Origin: Podarcis filfolensis
Taxonomy: Eukaryota
Length of the DNA: 64,000 nt
Strand: one strand, 5' to 3'
NCBI GenBank assembly: GCA_964270895.1
Contig: OZ185453.1
Part shown: one piece after another, positions 14,201-25,663 of the stretch
Layout of the letters: each line of letters opens with the position of its first letter
How positions within the stretch are numbered: the stretch's first letter is position 1
Made by a program: the position numbers and the translations under genes
The notes under the pieces: generated by a model
Seen by the model: only the letters and a program-made list of their open reading frames with translations
The model's database searches: none
Told to the model about the DNA's origin: nothing

Positions 14201-17200
14201 AGTTCAAGTTGTAATACAATTGGAGAAGCAAAAGAAGAAATAAAAACACAGCTGAAAATCATATAGCGTCTAGCCCAGTGCATTACAATTGCTTACAACA
14301 GTCAGGAAAGCAATTGTTGTCCACCAAGGCCCTCAGACATTTTCAAGTGGCCCAGGAATGGGATGAGTGGAGTTCGAGAGCCACTGCCCTAGAGTATTTC
14401 CTGGGTTCCTTGACATGGTAAATCTGAAAAGGTGGGATTCAGTGTTGGCTGCCACATCTAGAAAGCACAAGGGCCTTGTCTCCCAGCCTGCAGGTAGTGC
14501 AGATGCAAAGTTTTGTGTATCTGTCATAGGCAGTGCTTTTTTACTAGAAAAATAGGTGCTGGTACTCACCAAGAAGTATCACACTTTTTAACAACAACAA
14601 AAAGAGGCTCCGGTACCATAAAGTTGTTACAGTAAGTGCCACACTTTTTAACAACAAGAACAAAGAGGTGCTGGTACTTGAACCCTCCCCCCCCCCGAAA
14701 AAAAGCACTGGTTATAGGCATACAGTATTTTGCAGATCCTGTAGACTAGACTTTCCCTGCAGATGCTGTTGGACTCCAAATCCCATCACCTCAACTATTG
14801 GCACTGCTGGCTGGAGCCGATGGGAGTTGGAGTCCAACAATATCTGGAGGGAATCTGTTTGAGGAAGGCTGCTGTAGACACTGTTCTTGGAAGTACCCCA
14901 AGATTAATACTTAATACAAAATAGAATAGAACCTTTTTCTGGTTGTGCTTCCTGTTGTTGTTGCTTCTGCTTCTGCTGCTGCCGCTTTGTTTCTTACTTG
15001 CGTTTCACCATGAGGTCCCAGGTCTGGTTACCAACAATTTAAATTAAGAGGTTAGAATAGGGTTAAGTGGACAGCTGTATATTGACTACTCTAGGAATTT
15101 TTTTGTCACATATGCAACACATCAACAGTTGAACGGATTAAATCTTGTTTGTTTGGGGTGTGATGATTCTTAGCCTAAGGCAGTTGCCAAAGATACTTCG
15201 TACAGCCCTCTAAACAGAAGGATAAACAACCAGTTCAATTTATTTGACAATTTTAAAACTAGTATGGTGGCAGATAGGTTTATTTTGTCCTTGGTCAAGT
15301 CAAACTTTTCCACCCATATTAAATTTGGGGCTATAATACAGAGGTACAGAAATGTTGGAAATGTATTTAAGACTAGATGCTCCTGAGAGCATGACAGTTG
15401 TTGTTTTGAGAATGGAATGGGCTGGAGGGGTCTGCAGGAGATGAGATCCCAAATCTATAGGCTTAGCTATTGGTTTAAAGTTCTTTCAAGGGAGGAAAAA
15501 GGGACTCCCCGTGTTATGCTTTCAGGAGCAGTTTCTGACAGGCTGTACAAAAAAAAAGGTATTTGAACACCAGGTTGCTCTGTTGCCAATGCAGGACGCT
15601 GTAGAAACATGCTGTTATTTATGTGGCTGATTCCTGGCTGCCTCAGCAGTGCACCTATGAGTCTCTAATCCCCTCTTTCTTCCCTTTATTCTCCAAAGGG
15701 GACGCTACAGAAGTTTGTGGATGATGTGTTCCAGGCTGTCCTGAGTGTGAACCGCCCAGTACCAATTGCTGTCAAGTATCTGTTTGACCTGCTGGATGAG
15801 CTAGCAGCGCGGCACGGGGTCACTGAGCCAGAGACGTTGCACATCTGGAAAACAAACAGGTGGGGTGGACACGGGGTTGCTGAGGCAGCATTGGCTGGGA
15901 ATGGATGGTGGCCGTAGGAGCTGAGACTAGGAGAGTGGGTTGCGGAGACTGAACATTTTCAACCAGAAGGGCTAAAGATAGACAGTCAGCCAGTTGCTAA
16001 CTTGGTTTCTGCTTTTCCCCCTCCTCCTTAGTTTGTTGCTGCGCTTCTGGGTGAACACACTCAAGAACCCACAGTTCATTTTTGATGTGCGTGTCTCTGA
16101 CAATGTGGACGCCAACTTGACTGTCATTGCTCAGACATTCATTGATGCCTGCACAACTGCTGAGCACAAAGTTGGCAGGGTAAGTTTATATATCTGCACA
16201 TGTCTAAAGGTCACACCCGTATCAGACCAGGATCAAAAGAGGACAGGTAGTGCTTGATCCTGATGAAGTCAGGCCTGCCCTCTGTTCTGAAACAGGATAC
16301 TCCAGGCATTTAACTTGAATATGAATCCCATTGCCACTGACAGAGGTAGCCAGTTGCGCTGGGTAAAGGGGGGGAGGGGGCTTCATTTCCCCCAGTATTT
16401 TTGGGCAGGGGGCAGTGCCACCCCAGTACTGAGGGGGCCGCTGTCCCCACAGCTGTCAGTCACCCTCCAAGTGCCCCAGCCTCAGCCTCTACACGGCAGC
16501 CCAGAAGCCAGGCAGTGGCTGTGACAAGTGTGGGCAGTCTTTGCTTCTCTCATCCCAGCTGCAGCCTGGCAGCCCAGAAGCCGGGTGGGGGGGGCTGGGA
16601 CGAGCAAGCGTGGAGATCGCCCTCCACATTTTTCACTCCCGCCTGGTGGCATCATGTGACATGTCATGTGACATGTCGCATGACTGTGCCCCCTCAATCT
16701 GGGGGGACAAGTCAGTGCTACTGGAGGTAGCCCTGCTGTTCAACTATGGATTTTAGATGCCATTTCGGCAGCAGATTTGGAGACTGAGAGAGAGAGCCTA
16801 TGTGCGAGACAGTCCACTGGGCAAGTACCCTTGGAACTCTCCTATTCATTTTCATGTGGAAGATTCCCAGGGGATTCCCATGTTAATTAGCCATTTGGAT
16901 TTCCTGCTTGAGGCACCAAAATCTCTTGTCCTACGCCTTATAATCGCCATGATTTTAACCCTCACAGTTAGCATACTGCCATAAACAGAACAGGAACAAA
17001 ATGGATGGCACACACCAGAGGGACCTTGATCAGACTGTTTGTTTGAAGAGCAGCTGAATGAAACACTCCATATTGGCCCAAGGAATGGAAACAAGTGACA
17101 CTTTGTGGAAAACAAATCCTCCATGAAACCAGGCTTTCATGGGAGCAAAGGTGTCTGTCTAACTAGCAGAAGCCACCTTGTCCCATCTCTACTGAGGACC

Positions 17201-18125
17201 ATTTCTGATGTCCCAGAGGAAGTGGAGAGCAAACTTCAAGATATTAGACAAAGGGGGAGCAAATTTTCCCCCAGCATCACAAATCACTGGTTGCAAGTAT
17301 GAGCATGACTGTTCATGTCTTCTTGCATATAAAGGTATTCCTTAATGCAATAATCTTGACATAAGACCAAAAGTCCCATTCTTAGTTCAGTGATATCTTA
17401 TAATCCACCAGACTATCATCTTGATTCCAGTATGTCTGTTGTGGTTTTGGCCTGTTTCAAACACTTGCACAGAAGTACTGATTTCAAGATGCTTATTGCT
17501 GATTGTGTGAGAATGACTTTTCTCCCATCCAGGCCATTTAACAGTCAAACCTTGTTAATTACGTTGCATCACTCCACTTAACATTCTGTATTGCAAAACA
17601 TATCATTTCCCGCACCTTAACATTTTATCCGTCTGGGTACATATATTATTACATGTTCAAAATTGTGGTTACAAGCAATCCCAAATCCAGGCATGTCAGC
17701 ATACACTTAGGTTGCCAGTCAGAACTGTGGGGGCTGCACCTGGCCCCCCAGTTTTTCTGGGCTCCCCTCTACTTCCTCAACTTGAGCTATTTTCTTTGGG
17801 GATGTGCAAGGAGCTATGTAGAGCATTGAAATACTGCCCTCTTAAACTGGAAATCATTCTCAGCTGTTTAATGCCCTCTGATAATTCACCCAGTGTTGCC
17901 CACACAATCAAGCCTTCAGGTGTTTTAAAATGAAATCTGAGACTGCAAGGATGTTTGTGTGAAATGTAAAGGGAGCCTTGACTTATAGAGCCTTTTTGAT
18001 CTAAAAGTCTTATTTCTGCCCTCATCATAGAAATGTTGGAGTTTTCCCCGTTTGTTTGTACAACAGTGCATGTGTGATGCTCTGCCATGCTTAGTCACAC
18101 CCACCCACACCCACAAAGACACACC

Positions 18126-18193
<68 letters not shown>

Positions 18194-21100
18194 GACACAT
18201 CACCATATGTTCTAGGCCTGAACTTTGGCTCAAATATAAGCCCCAATTTATGGCCCCAAGTGCCTTTCCCACATTCTGGTCACTCTCTGGAAACATATGG
18301 GTTGAGGGTCTCAGCTTTGTTTTCCAGAATTTCTGAAAACAATTTTCAGGGGGTTTTTTGTAGATCCCTGAGAGAAGGTTTGCTGTGCCTGAAACATGTT
18401 GCATATTAAATCGTGTCTTAGATATATTGGGGCACGTTTTTCTTCTCTTTAAAAATAAAATACAGGTACAGCTTATTTTTGTCATTTCCACGCAAAACCC
18501 AGCAATTCTAGAAGATGAGGGTGGGGGCAGGGAGAACACCCTGTAGTACTGGGGACAAGAAGGATTGTTTCTGCATGTACTGTAGAAGTTGATCTCTCTC
18601 AGTCTCTCGTAACAGCCTGTCAAACTGGTCAGACCTGACTGGGACCTGCTTTTGCCACCTCTCAGGCATCATTCCCAAGGACTGGTGGTTCTCTCAGATC
18701 TTTTTCTTCCATGACCAAGCGCTCACTTGATTATGTTTTTAAAATGTAGGCATTTCCATTTTTAATTTGGGGTTTAGTTCAGCCACCTGACTCAGCAGCT
18801 CATCATGCCCCTATAGTGTTTTGCCAGGAGGCCCTTTCAGAAATGCCCAGCTCTGAGGTTTTGTTTGGAATTCTAGATTTGCTAAAGAAAGAGGGTTGTG
18901 AGATCAGGTGGGAGGTCCCTCTTGGGGGAAGGGAAGCCATGATGTTTAAAGCAGCACAATAGGTAGGGTGGTTGGTGCTTTTCACCCTTAAGCCACGTTC
19001 AGAAGTAACAAATCATTATTTATGTTTGGATGCAAAAATATCTTGGCATAGAAAGTATGCTGGGATTTAGAATTAGCACTTCTGTGTTTTCTATTCTGCA
19101 TTAATGATGCTGGCTGGCTGGATCAAGCCAAGGTCCATTTCATCCAGCATCAGTTCCCAACAGCAATCAGCCATATGCATTTGGGAATCTCAAAAGCAGG
19201 GCACTGAGGTGGTGGCCATCCCATTTGTTCCCAGAATCTGGAACTCAGGTGGTATGTATACTGCCTCTGTTCATGAAAGTTGCATCTACCTATCAGGGCT
19301 GGCCCTGCCACTGGACACGGTTATATTCTTCCTCCTCTTCTTCTTCTTCTTCTTCTTCTTCTTCTTCTTCTTCTTCTTCTTCTTCTTCTTCTTCTTCTTC
19401 TTCTTCTCTTCTCCCCCTCTCCCCTCCATGTTTTTTCTTAATACCTGATAGAAATGTCCTTGAAGAGGGCTTTACTGAGGTGGTAAATCTGTCTATGCTG
19501 CAAGTAGGTTTCAGAGAAAATTGGAGATTTATGCATGCAGACAACTATGTCAGAGAAAAAGCTATGCTGTAACTCTTCTCTCTAATATCTTTTTATTATG
19601 ATGATGAATGCAGGGTTTTTTTGTATGTAGGAGAATTTCCTCACCTGCATGTGAGGGGGCAGGCTTTGACTCTTCACATGCTCAGAGGAACTTCCCCTCC
19701 TCTCTGTTAGCTTTGCAGAGTATTGCATTTGGGAGCATGCTTTGGAATGGGCTCCTATTTAAATGTCTTATAAACTTTACATTTTCTGTCTCTCTTAAAA
19801 TGCAGTCTGGACAGCCTGAAAACTAACCAGTTGCACACCATACCATACCATACCTACAGGTGGAGACATAATTCTTGAGTCTGACTTCTGTCCCCTTTCC
19901 AAAACTTCTTCAAATCTTATGCCACCTTTTGTTCTCTCTCTCCCTCCCTCCTCAGGATTCACCAGTCAACAAACTACTCTATGCCAGGGAAATCCCACAC
20001 TACAAACAGATGGTGGAGAAGTAAGTGTGAAAAACAGAAAAAAGGTGGTTGTGGTAGAATAATACCTAGCCCTGCAGAAAATGAGAGCTTGTGGGTTTGT
20101 TTGGGGAAGCCAGGAGTCCTGGGAGCTGATTGCATATATTCTATGTTTGTTTTAAAAATATGCAAAAGGAAATACTAATTTTGCAACAGTTATAAATTAT
20201 GCAAATAGAGCAGATTTACACCCCCCCTTATTTTACATAATTCTGCTTCTGCCAGTGATATGGAAGAGTAAGGAGCTGAGCATGGCTTTGAAGCCCCACC
20301 TTTAATGGGAATCTTATTAGCTTCCTCCATGGCTTTGGAGATTTCACAGTCAGCATCCACAAACTTGTGAGCGTATCTTCATAAATTCCAGATTCATAAA
20401 TGTCTTTTATTTAATGAAGATATTCTAAGGGATGGAGTAGGAACCGGCAACCCACTCCAGTATCCCTGCCAAGAAAACTCCATGGACAAAGGCGTGCTCT
20501 GGTCCATGGGGTCACGAAGAGTCAGACATGACTAAACGACTAAACAATTCTAAGGGAACTGAATCCTGCATGTTTTCTGCACAGATGCAAAATCACACCT
20601 TCCGGACCACATCCATTTAACCAACATTGCTCAAAGGTTTCACATCCAAAAATGCATTGAAAGGGTGAAAAGGCCCATCATTTTTGTTACCCAGTATGAA
20701 TGAGAGAAATGCTTAGTGGTCTTCTCCCAGTATTGCTTAATTAATTAATTAAATTAAAACAATGACATCTTTCAGTATACTACAGAATGAGGAGAGGGTG
20801 TCGTAGACAGTGTTGGATGTTATGAATGTTGCTGGCTGGCTTGAGAATGTCATTTTTAGGGCAGGCAAAGGAGACTTGCATTGCAGTGTGGCCCCTCCCC
20901 ACTAACCTTTTTCTTCTCTCCCCCCACCCTCCTCCACGGTTAGGTATTATGCTGATATTCGACAGACTGTTCCTGCCAGCTACCAAGAGATGAACTCAGC
21001 CCTGACTGAACTCTCGGGGGTAAGGGAATCCAGAACCAAAAATAGTATTTAAAAACTGCACTCTCTCCGCCTCACTAGTTTTAAAACTCTCCCATGCTGA

Positions 21101-23021
21101 CTTAATCTGCCACTTTCAAACAAGGAAAGGTTGCGTGGCAGAGCAAATAAATGCCTCAAAATCAGTTGACATATTCAGTGGATTTTCATGATGATGATGA
21201 TGATGATGATGACGACTACTATCGTCACCATCATAAAAATCCACTGAATATGTCAACTGATTTGACTTCAGTATGTGGAGGGGTGGAGGGGAGTGGTTGC
21301 TGCACAGTCCCTTGATTTTGAGGCATTTATTTGAGGCAGTAGTAGTAGTACTATTACATTTACATACAGACCATCTGACTGGGTTGCCCCGGCTACTCTG
21401 AGCAACATCCAGCAAAATATAAAAACACAATAAAGCAACAAACATAAAAAAACTTCCCTATACAGTGCTGTCTTCAAATGTCTTCTAAAAGTTAGACAAT
21501 TGTGCCGTTCCAAGTTATGTCAAGGATATGTTGCAAGAGATCTTGGAAAGTCTTTAAATCACAGGTTGAACAAGGGCTGCTTGCTGCAGTTTGGCCCAAA
21601 CTTGGATTGTTTATATAGGCAACTCCCCATTTACGAGGGGGTTACGTTCTGAGGCACCGCGCACACACAGTATGTGAAATCCTGTATATTTGAAACACCA
21701 TTGGGAAGAAGTCCCAGCAAAAGAAGAATGGATACAAAATCTTATGGAATATGCAGAAATGATGAAGCTTACTGGAAAAATAAGACATCAAGATAATAAT
21801 TTTTAAAATAAAAGAATGGAAATGGTTTATTGAATATTTACAAACAAACTGTAAACAGATAAGAACATTGGCAGGATCATTGTAATAACCTGCAGTTTTA
21901 TAAGTGGATGCTCACATATTGAACATGTGTCAATGGGGGGTTGCTTGTATTTACCAGATCACTTCATCATATACCAGTCCACTAAAACTGGGGCAGGGCA
22001 CCTCTCTGTGCACAGGCATGCATTGTGCTCCCTTGTTGGGATCCCATCAGCAAGGTCTGCAATCACACAATGTCCCTCCCATCGATTATTGCTCCCTGTC
22101 TGAAGTTGTCTTAATTGTTGTTTTAGGATTGTTATCAGGAAGGGTGAGAAGGGGTATCAATGAGTATGATATAAACATAGCATAATGTGTAGAAATATGC
22201 AAAAATACAAGGACCGTAGTTCAGTGGCAGAGAGTGTGCTTTGCATGCAAAATGTCCCACATTCAATTCCTGGCATCTCCTGGTAGGTCTGGTTGAGCCC
22301 TCCTTTTCTGAACCCTGGAGAGACTCTGCCTGTCAGTGTTGACAGTACTGGGCTAGATAGACCAATGGCCTGACTAGATAAGGCAGCTTCCTATGTCCAC
22401 GTGTAGTTGTAGTGAAAATGTAATTAAAACTTCTAACGTTTCATTTTCCACCCTCCTGTTTCGGCAGAAATATTCCTCTGACCTCAACTGCCTGGTGGCC
22501 CTGCAAGAACTTTATAATTATATTAACAAGTACTATGATCAGGTATGATAAATCCCTTGAGATTTTGTACTTGCAGGATGTTGGTGGGGGTGGGACGGAG
22601 GGACATAAACAGACCAATTTCTGTGGGAGAGGGTGGGGTGGGAGTGAACCCATCTATTCTAATCCATTCCCTGCAGAGAGGTTGGTTGCTGGGAAGGGAA
22701 GGCCTGTAGGACCGGGATGGGAATCATGTGGCCCTCCAGATATTGTTGGACCCCAACTCCCACCAGGCCCAGCCCGTATGGCTAGTGGTCAGGGATTATG
22801 GGTGTTGCAGTCTGGCAGCATCTGGAGGGCTCTGGCACAAGTTAGCCAACCCTGCTGTAGAAAGACTTCTGCTAGGATAGGTAGGCAAAATATTGACTTT
22901 GTGTGCTTCTTTGCAGATAATCAGTGCACTAGAAGAGGACCCACTGGGCCAGAAGATGCAACTGGCATATCGACTGCAACAGATTGCAGCTCTCGTAGAG
23001 AACAAAGTTACTGACTTGTGA
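12..23021 (+). CDS. PLXNB3: Plexin-B3, 5'-partial multi-exon CDS (21 exons in window; IPT repeats, TM, GAP-RBD-GAP)
   Basis: 21 GT-AG exons join in phase (3043 nt) and end ENKVTDL*. Matches recalled human PLXNB3, including B3-type motifs [23 protein letters not shown] and [13 protein letters not shown]. Lies directly upstream of SRPK3, as in human Xq28. Confidence 0.96.
979..1109 (+). CDS. PLXNB3: PLXNB3 exon (IPT)
   Basis: cctcag|...|gtaagt; [30 protein letters not shown]... Confidence 0.93.
1224..1400 (+). CDS. PLXNB3: PLXNB3 exon (IPT)
   Basis: caacag|...|gtaaaa; [14 protein letters not shown]...[19 protein letters not shown]. Confidence 0.92.
1981..2275 (+). mobile_element. L2-type LINE 3' end fragment
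   Basis: gccttctgggtggtggcgcccgccctgtggaacgccctccc...gacacctgaaggcagccctgttt, ending in a (TAT)n tail; family call from recalled consensus. Confidence 0.6.
2539..2737 (+). CDS. PLXNB3: PLXNB3 exon (IPT; contains REKR)
   Basis: ctccag|...|gtgagt; [20 protein letters not shown]...GDMLE. Confidence 0.92.
2829..3068 (+). CDS. PLXNB3: PLXNB3 exon
   Basis: ccacag|...|gtgagt; [21 protein letters not shown]...[10 protein letters not shown]. Confidence 0.93.
3523..3746. mobile_element. Tc1/mariner (pogo/Tigger-like) MITE
   Basis: Perfect 23-bp TIR CAGTGGTACCTCTGGTTACGAAC; TA on both flanks. Confidence 0.88.
3899..4010. mobile_element. DNA-transposon end fragment (hAT-Blackjack-like)
   Basis: tagggttgccatacgtc...aaatccggacac, a terminal motif typical of reptile non-autonomous elements; other end not found. 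Confidence 0.35.
4322..4675 (-). mobile_element. Sauria SINE (Squam1/POM type), full length
   Basis: Reverse complement of the copy at 25304; (ACCTTT)n tail; TSD ATATATGGATA at 4311-4321 and 4677-4687. Confidence 0.9.
4717..4916. repeat. Long inverted repeat (about 85-bp arms, about 30-nt AT loop), probable foldback MITE
   Basis: The 4717-4801 arm is a near-perfect reverse complement of 4832-4916. Confidence 0.85.
5353..5514 (+). CDS. PLXNB3: PLXNB3 exon (last IPT)
   Basis: ctgcag|...|gtgagt; [15 protein letters not shown]...HLYCEPP...LPEFI. Confidence 0.94.
7443..7591 (+). CDS. PLXNB3: PLXNB3 exon (transmembrane helix)
   Basis: ttacag|...|gtatca; [16 protein letters not shown]...[22 protein letters not shown]. 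Confidence 0.95.
7722..7822 (+). CDS. PLXNB3: PLXNB3 exon (juxtamembrane coiled coil)
   Basis: tggcag|...|gtatgg; [33 protein letters not shown]. Confidence 0.95.
8607..8824 (+). CDS. PLXNB3: PLXNB3 exon (GAP C1)
   Basis: cttcag|...|gtgggt; [22 protein letters not shown]...[10 protein letters not shown]. Confidence 0.95.
8897..9122. mobile_element. Tc1/mariner-type MITE
   Basis: TIR CAGTGGTACCTCGGGTTA...TAACCCGAGGTACCACTG; TA TSD; same family as 34448-34676 in opposite orientation. Confidence 0.88.
9724..9902 (+). CDS. PLXNB3: PLXNB3 exon (GAP C1, catalytic RR)
   Basis: tcccag|...|gtaggc; [18 protein letters not shown]...RNAKLMLRR. Confidence 0.95.
10607..10673 (+). CDS. PLXNB3: PLXNB3 exon (GAP C1)
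   Basis: ctgcag|...|gtaagt; [22 protein letters not shown]. Confidence 0.95.
11647..11968 (+). CDS. PLXNB3: PLXNB3 exon (start of RBD)
   Basis: atgaag|...|gtaagg; [24 protein letters not shown]...SVHSLDL. Confidence 0.94.
12134..12237 (+). CDS. PLXNB3: PLXNB3 exon (RBD)
   Basis: cctcag|...|gtatgg; [34 protein letters not shown]. Confidence 0.95.
12562..12649 (+). CDS. PLXNB3: PLXNB3 exon (RBD end)
   Basis: ccccag|...|gtgagt; [29 protein letters not shown]. Confidence 0.92.
13751..13920 (+). CDS. PLXNB3: PLXNB3 exon
   Basis: ttgcag|...|gtaaga; [19 protein letters not shown]...[15 protein letters not shown]. Confidence 0.95.
15699..15859 (+). CDS. PLXNB3: PLXNB3 exon (GAP C2)
   Basis: ccaaag|...|gtgggg; [15 protein letters not shown]...LHIWKTN. 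Confidence 0.95.
16032..16179 (+). CDS. PLXNB3: PLXNB3 exon (GAP C2)
   Basis: ccttag|...|gtaagt; [19 protein letters not shown]...EHKVGR. Confidence 0.96.
18126..18189. repeat. (CA)n(GA)n microsatellite
   Basis: Directly visible. Confidence 0.95.
19337..19406. repeat. (TTC)n microsatellite, about 23 units
   Basis: Directly visible. Confidence 0.95.
19956..20020 (+). CDS. PLXNB3: PLXNB3 exon
   Basis: cctcag|...|gtaagt; [21 protein letters not shown]. Confidence 0.95.
20433..20546 (+). mobile_element. Heavily 5'-truncated RTE/BovB-type 3' tail
   Basis: ggcaacccactccagtat...ccatggac...ggtccatggggtcacgaagagtcagacatgactaaacgactaaac; 11-bp TSD ATTCTAAGGGA at 20422-20432 and 20547-20557. Confidence 0.8.
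20944..21019 (+). CDS. PLXNB3: PLXNB3 exon
   Basis: ggttag|...|gtaagg; [25 protein letters not shown]. Confidence 0.94.
21330..21495 (-). mobile_element. L2-type LINE 3' end fragment
   Basis: Reverse-strand counterpart of the tail at 1981-2275; edges approximate. Confidence 0.5.
22211..22397 (+). mobile_element. tRNA(Ala)-derived SINE (Squam3-like)
   Basis: A-box gtagttcagtggcaga, TGC anticodon region, B-box attcaattcc, tail ...taaggcagcttcctatg. Confidence 0.6.
22468..22542 (+). CDS. PLXNB3: PLXNB3 exon
   Basis: cggcag|...|gtatga; [25 protein letters not shown]. Confidence 0.94.
22917..23021 (+). CDS. PLXNB3: PLXNB3 last coding exon
   Basis: ttgcag|[34 protein letters not shown]. Confidence 0.96.
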   Translation: MISALEEDPLGQKMQLAYRLQQIAALVENKVTDL

Positions 23022-23357
23022 CACTCCTGGGTCCACTACCTGCTCAGATTCAGCACACACAAGGAACTGTACGATCCTAAACAGGTTGACTCAGCATGAA
23101 ATCCCACTGAGTACAATGGGGTTTAATTCTCTAGCAACTGTGCTATTTAGGGTTGCAGCCTTTTAAGGGGGCAAGGTTGAGCCATACTGAAAGTTCCCTG
23201 CCACCTCTGTGCATGGGTCTGTGCGCACGCCATGCCTCCAGTCAGTGCCTTAACTGCATAGAAGCTGCCAGGGTCTCTCGCACTCAGTGCTCTCTCTCTC
23301 TCTTTTTTTAAACTAGCTGCAAAGAGAATCTTCCGAGTCCAATACACTGGATTTGTA

Positions 23358-23363
23358 AATAAA
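23358..23363 (+). terminator. Probable PLXNB3 polyadenylation signal
   Basis: First AATAAA after the stop (about 340 nt downstream), followed by GT/T-rich sequence (gggtgtatttatttctgtg). Confidence 0.65.
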
Positions 23364-23934
23364 AGGGTGTATTTATTTCTGTGGCTCTCTGGAAAGGGTA
23401 CCAGCTACTGTCTCCCACCTTTTGGGGGAGTGGGGTTGTGGCAGGTCCCTGCTGACCACTGCAGTCTCTGGGATTTGGGGGATCTACCCCTTATGACCCC
23501 AATTTCCTGGCTGGTAATGCACTAATATTGGGGTGGAAACGCCACCTTCCTCTGAACAGACTCTACTAGTCTCTCTTTTAACTTTCCCCATCTCTCTCTC
23601 CCCCACACACCCCCATTTTATGTATATATGGGAGCTCCCTGCTCCAGGATTGTATTTATTTTAATGAGATTTTGAAGAATAAAAAAAACACACCACTTTT
23701 CAGAAAAGTACTGTTGTCTGGTTTATTCACACAACCTAAGGGAGGAAGGGAATGGAAAGGTTTGCCATAAACAAGTTACTAGATGACTCCCACTTGGTAA
23801 CTAAGGGGTGAAAGCTGGGAAGACTGAACTGCCTCCAGAGAGTTAAGATGGGGTGGAACTTGTTCCCTTTGGTCAGGCTCTTTGTCACCGGATTAGTTGA
23901 TTAGAAACTACATGTGTTCCAAACCCAAGTTGCT

Positions 23935-24603
23935 GTGCATTCTCTGATTCCACATATACATGAAATATGTGTTCTCAAACTTAATCCGTTCTGGAAGTCT
24001 GTTCCAAAACCAAAGCGTTCCAAACCCAAGGTGCGCTTTCCCATAGAAATGAATGCAAATTGGATTGATCCATTCCAGACTTTTAAAAACAACCCCTAAA
24101 ACAGCAATTTAGCATTAATTTTACTATCTAACAAGACCATTGATCCATAAAATGAAAGCAATAATCAATGTACTGTACTATAAAATAAATAAAACAGTAT
24201 TGTAGATGATAATTTTTTTTTAAAAAAGTTATTATTTATCTGCACTGATGATAGTCATTGTTTGGATGGGGGGGCTTTTATCCATTTCTGCAATCACACA
24301 ATCAATAAGTAGCTGAACTGGGTCCCACACAGTCACAAAAACAAATTAACCAAAAAAGCCTCAAAAACAAAAATGCAAAATAAATAGCAAAAACAAAAGC
24401 GCCAAACAATCCATTCCAGAAGTCCGTTTGAGTTCTGAAATGTTCGAAAACTAAGGCGCAGCTTCTGATTGCTGCAGGTGCCCCAGAAACAATAGCTGAC
24501 AGCCGCATCGGACGTTTGGCTTCTGAAAAACGTTCGAAAACTGGAACACTTCCGGGTTTTTGCCGTTTGGGAGCCAAGGTGTTTGAGAACCAAGGTACCA
24601 CTG
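23935..24603. mobile_element. Larger Tc1/mariner-type non-autonomous element; left end eroded
   Basis: Right TIR gagaaccaaggtaccactg of the same CAGTGGTACC family; internal gttcgaaaac/ccaaac repeats. Confidence 0.6.
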
Positions 24604-25303
24604 CATGGTATTGGGTGTGCTTGCCCCTGCACACCATGGGTGCACATCACTCTATGCAGTTGCTTCATTTTTTAAAATCCATTTTCTGCTAATGTGCTCT
24701 GCTCTGTTGCAATTGCTCAGAAGTCCTAAGCTGTGTGATCTATGTGGTTAAACTACTTGTTGTAACCTGCTGTTAACTATACTAACTGTTACGGTATTTT
24801 TTGTAAGTTGCCCTGAAGGCCCAAAGTGGGTCAAAAGAAGAGGAGGAAGTTTAAAACACACACCAGGGTTATCTGCGTTACCTTAAGAATTTACACATAA
24901 TCAAAATTGGTGCTGACTTGAAATCTTCTGCTGGTGAAGTCGCAGTGCAAGTTCAACTGCTGCTGACAAGATATAACTGAAGCAGTCGATGCAGATTGAA
25001 CATAAATATGCCTAGAGTCCCAGTTTCAGTGTCTCCTCAGAGAATGCAACAATGGCTTTAACATGTGCATTCATTCATGCATATAACCTATCTTCCCCAC
25101 ACAGGGAGAGAAACCAAATCTGTACAGGGGGAAACCGTCGTCATGGGGCAGCCTCTTTAAGTGCATTCAAGGGCTGTGAGCTCATGATAATGAAGATCAG
25201 GGGACAGAGCAACTGTGCAAGGCAGAGAACCTGAAGTCACCCACCTCTTGCAAGATGATCTTCTATGTGTTTCTGCCAATGGTTTTGCCCTAATCCTGTT
25301 ACT

Positions 25304-25663
25304 AGGTATGCGGGTGGCGCTGTGGGTCAAACCAAAGAGCCTAGGACTTGCAGATCAAAAAGTCGGCAGTTTGAATCCCCATGACGGGGTGAGGTCCCGT
25401 TTCTCGGTCCCTGCTCCTGCCCACCTAGCAGTTCAAAAGCACGTCAAAGTGCAAGTAGATAAATAGGTACCGCTCCGGCGGGAAGGTAATCAGCGTTTCC
25501 GTGCGCTGCTCTGGTTCGCCAGAAGTGGCTTAGTCATGCTGGCCACGTGACCCGGAAGCTGTACGCCGGCTCCCTCGGCCAATAAAGCAAGATGAGCGCT
25601 GCAACCCCAGAGTCGGCCACGACTGGACCTAATGGTCAGGGGTCCCCTTTACCTTTACCTTTT
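25304..25663 (+). mobile_element. Sauria SINE, full length
   Basis: cgggtggcgctgtgg head, (ACCTTT)n tail; 13-bp TSD TAATCCTGTTACT at 25291-25303 and 25664-25676. Confidence 0.92.

Noticed and set aside
17925-18623. 232-aa minus-strand ORF
   Set aside because: Runs through the (GA)n/(CA)n microsatellite ([10 protein letters not shown]); no domain-like sequence; antisense within a PLXNB3 intron.
19104-19572. Poly-Phe, poly-Ser and poly-Glu ORFs
   Set aside because: Translations of the (TTC)n microsatellite.
22211-22285. tRNA-Ala-like sequence
   Set aside because: Degenerate stems that continue into a SINE body and tail; not a functional tRNA gene.
12-23021. Assignment as PLXNB1 or PLXNB2
   Set aside because: No PDZ-binding extension issue distinguishes them, but [34 protein letters not shown] and adjacency to SRPK3/IDH3G point to PLXNB3.
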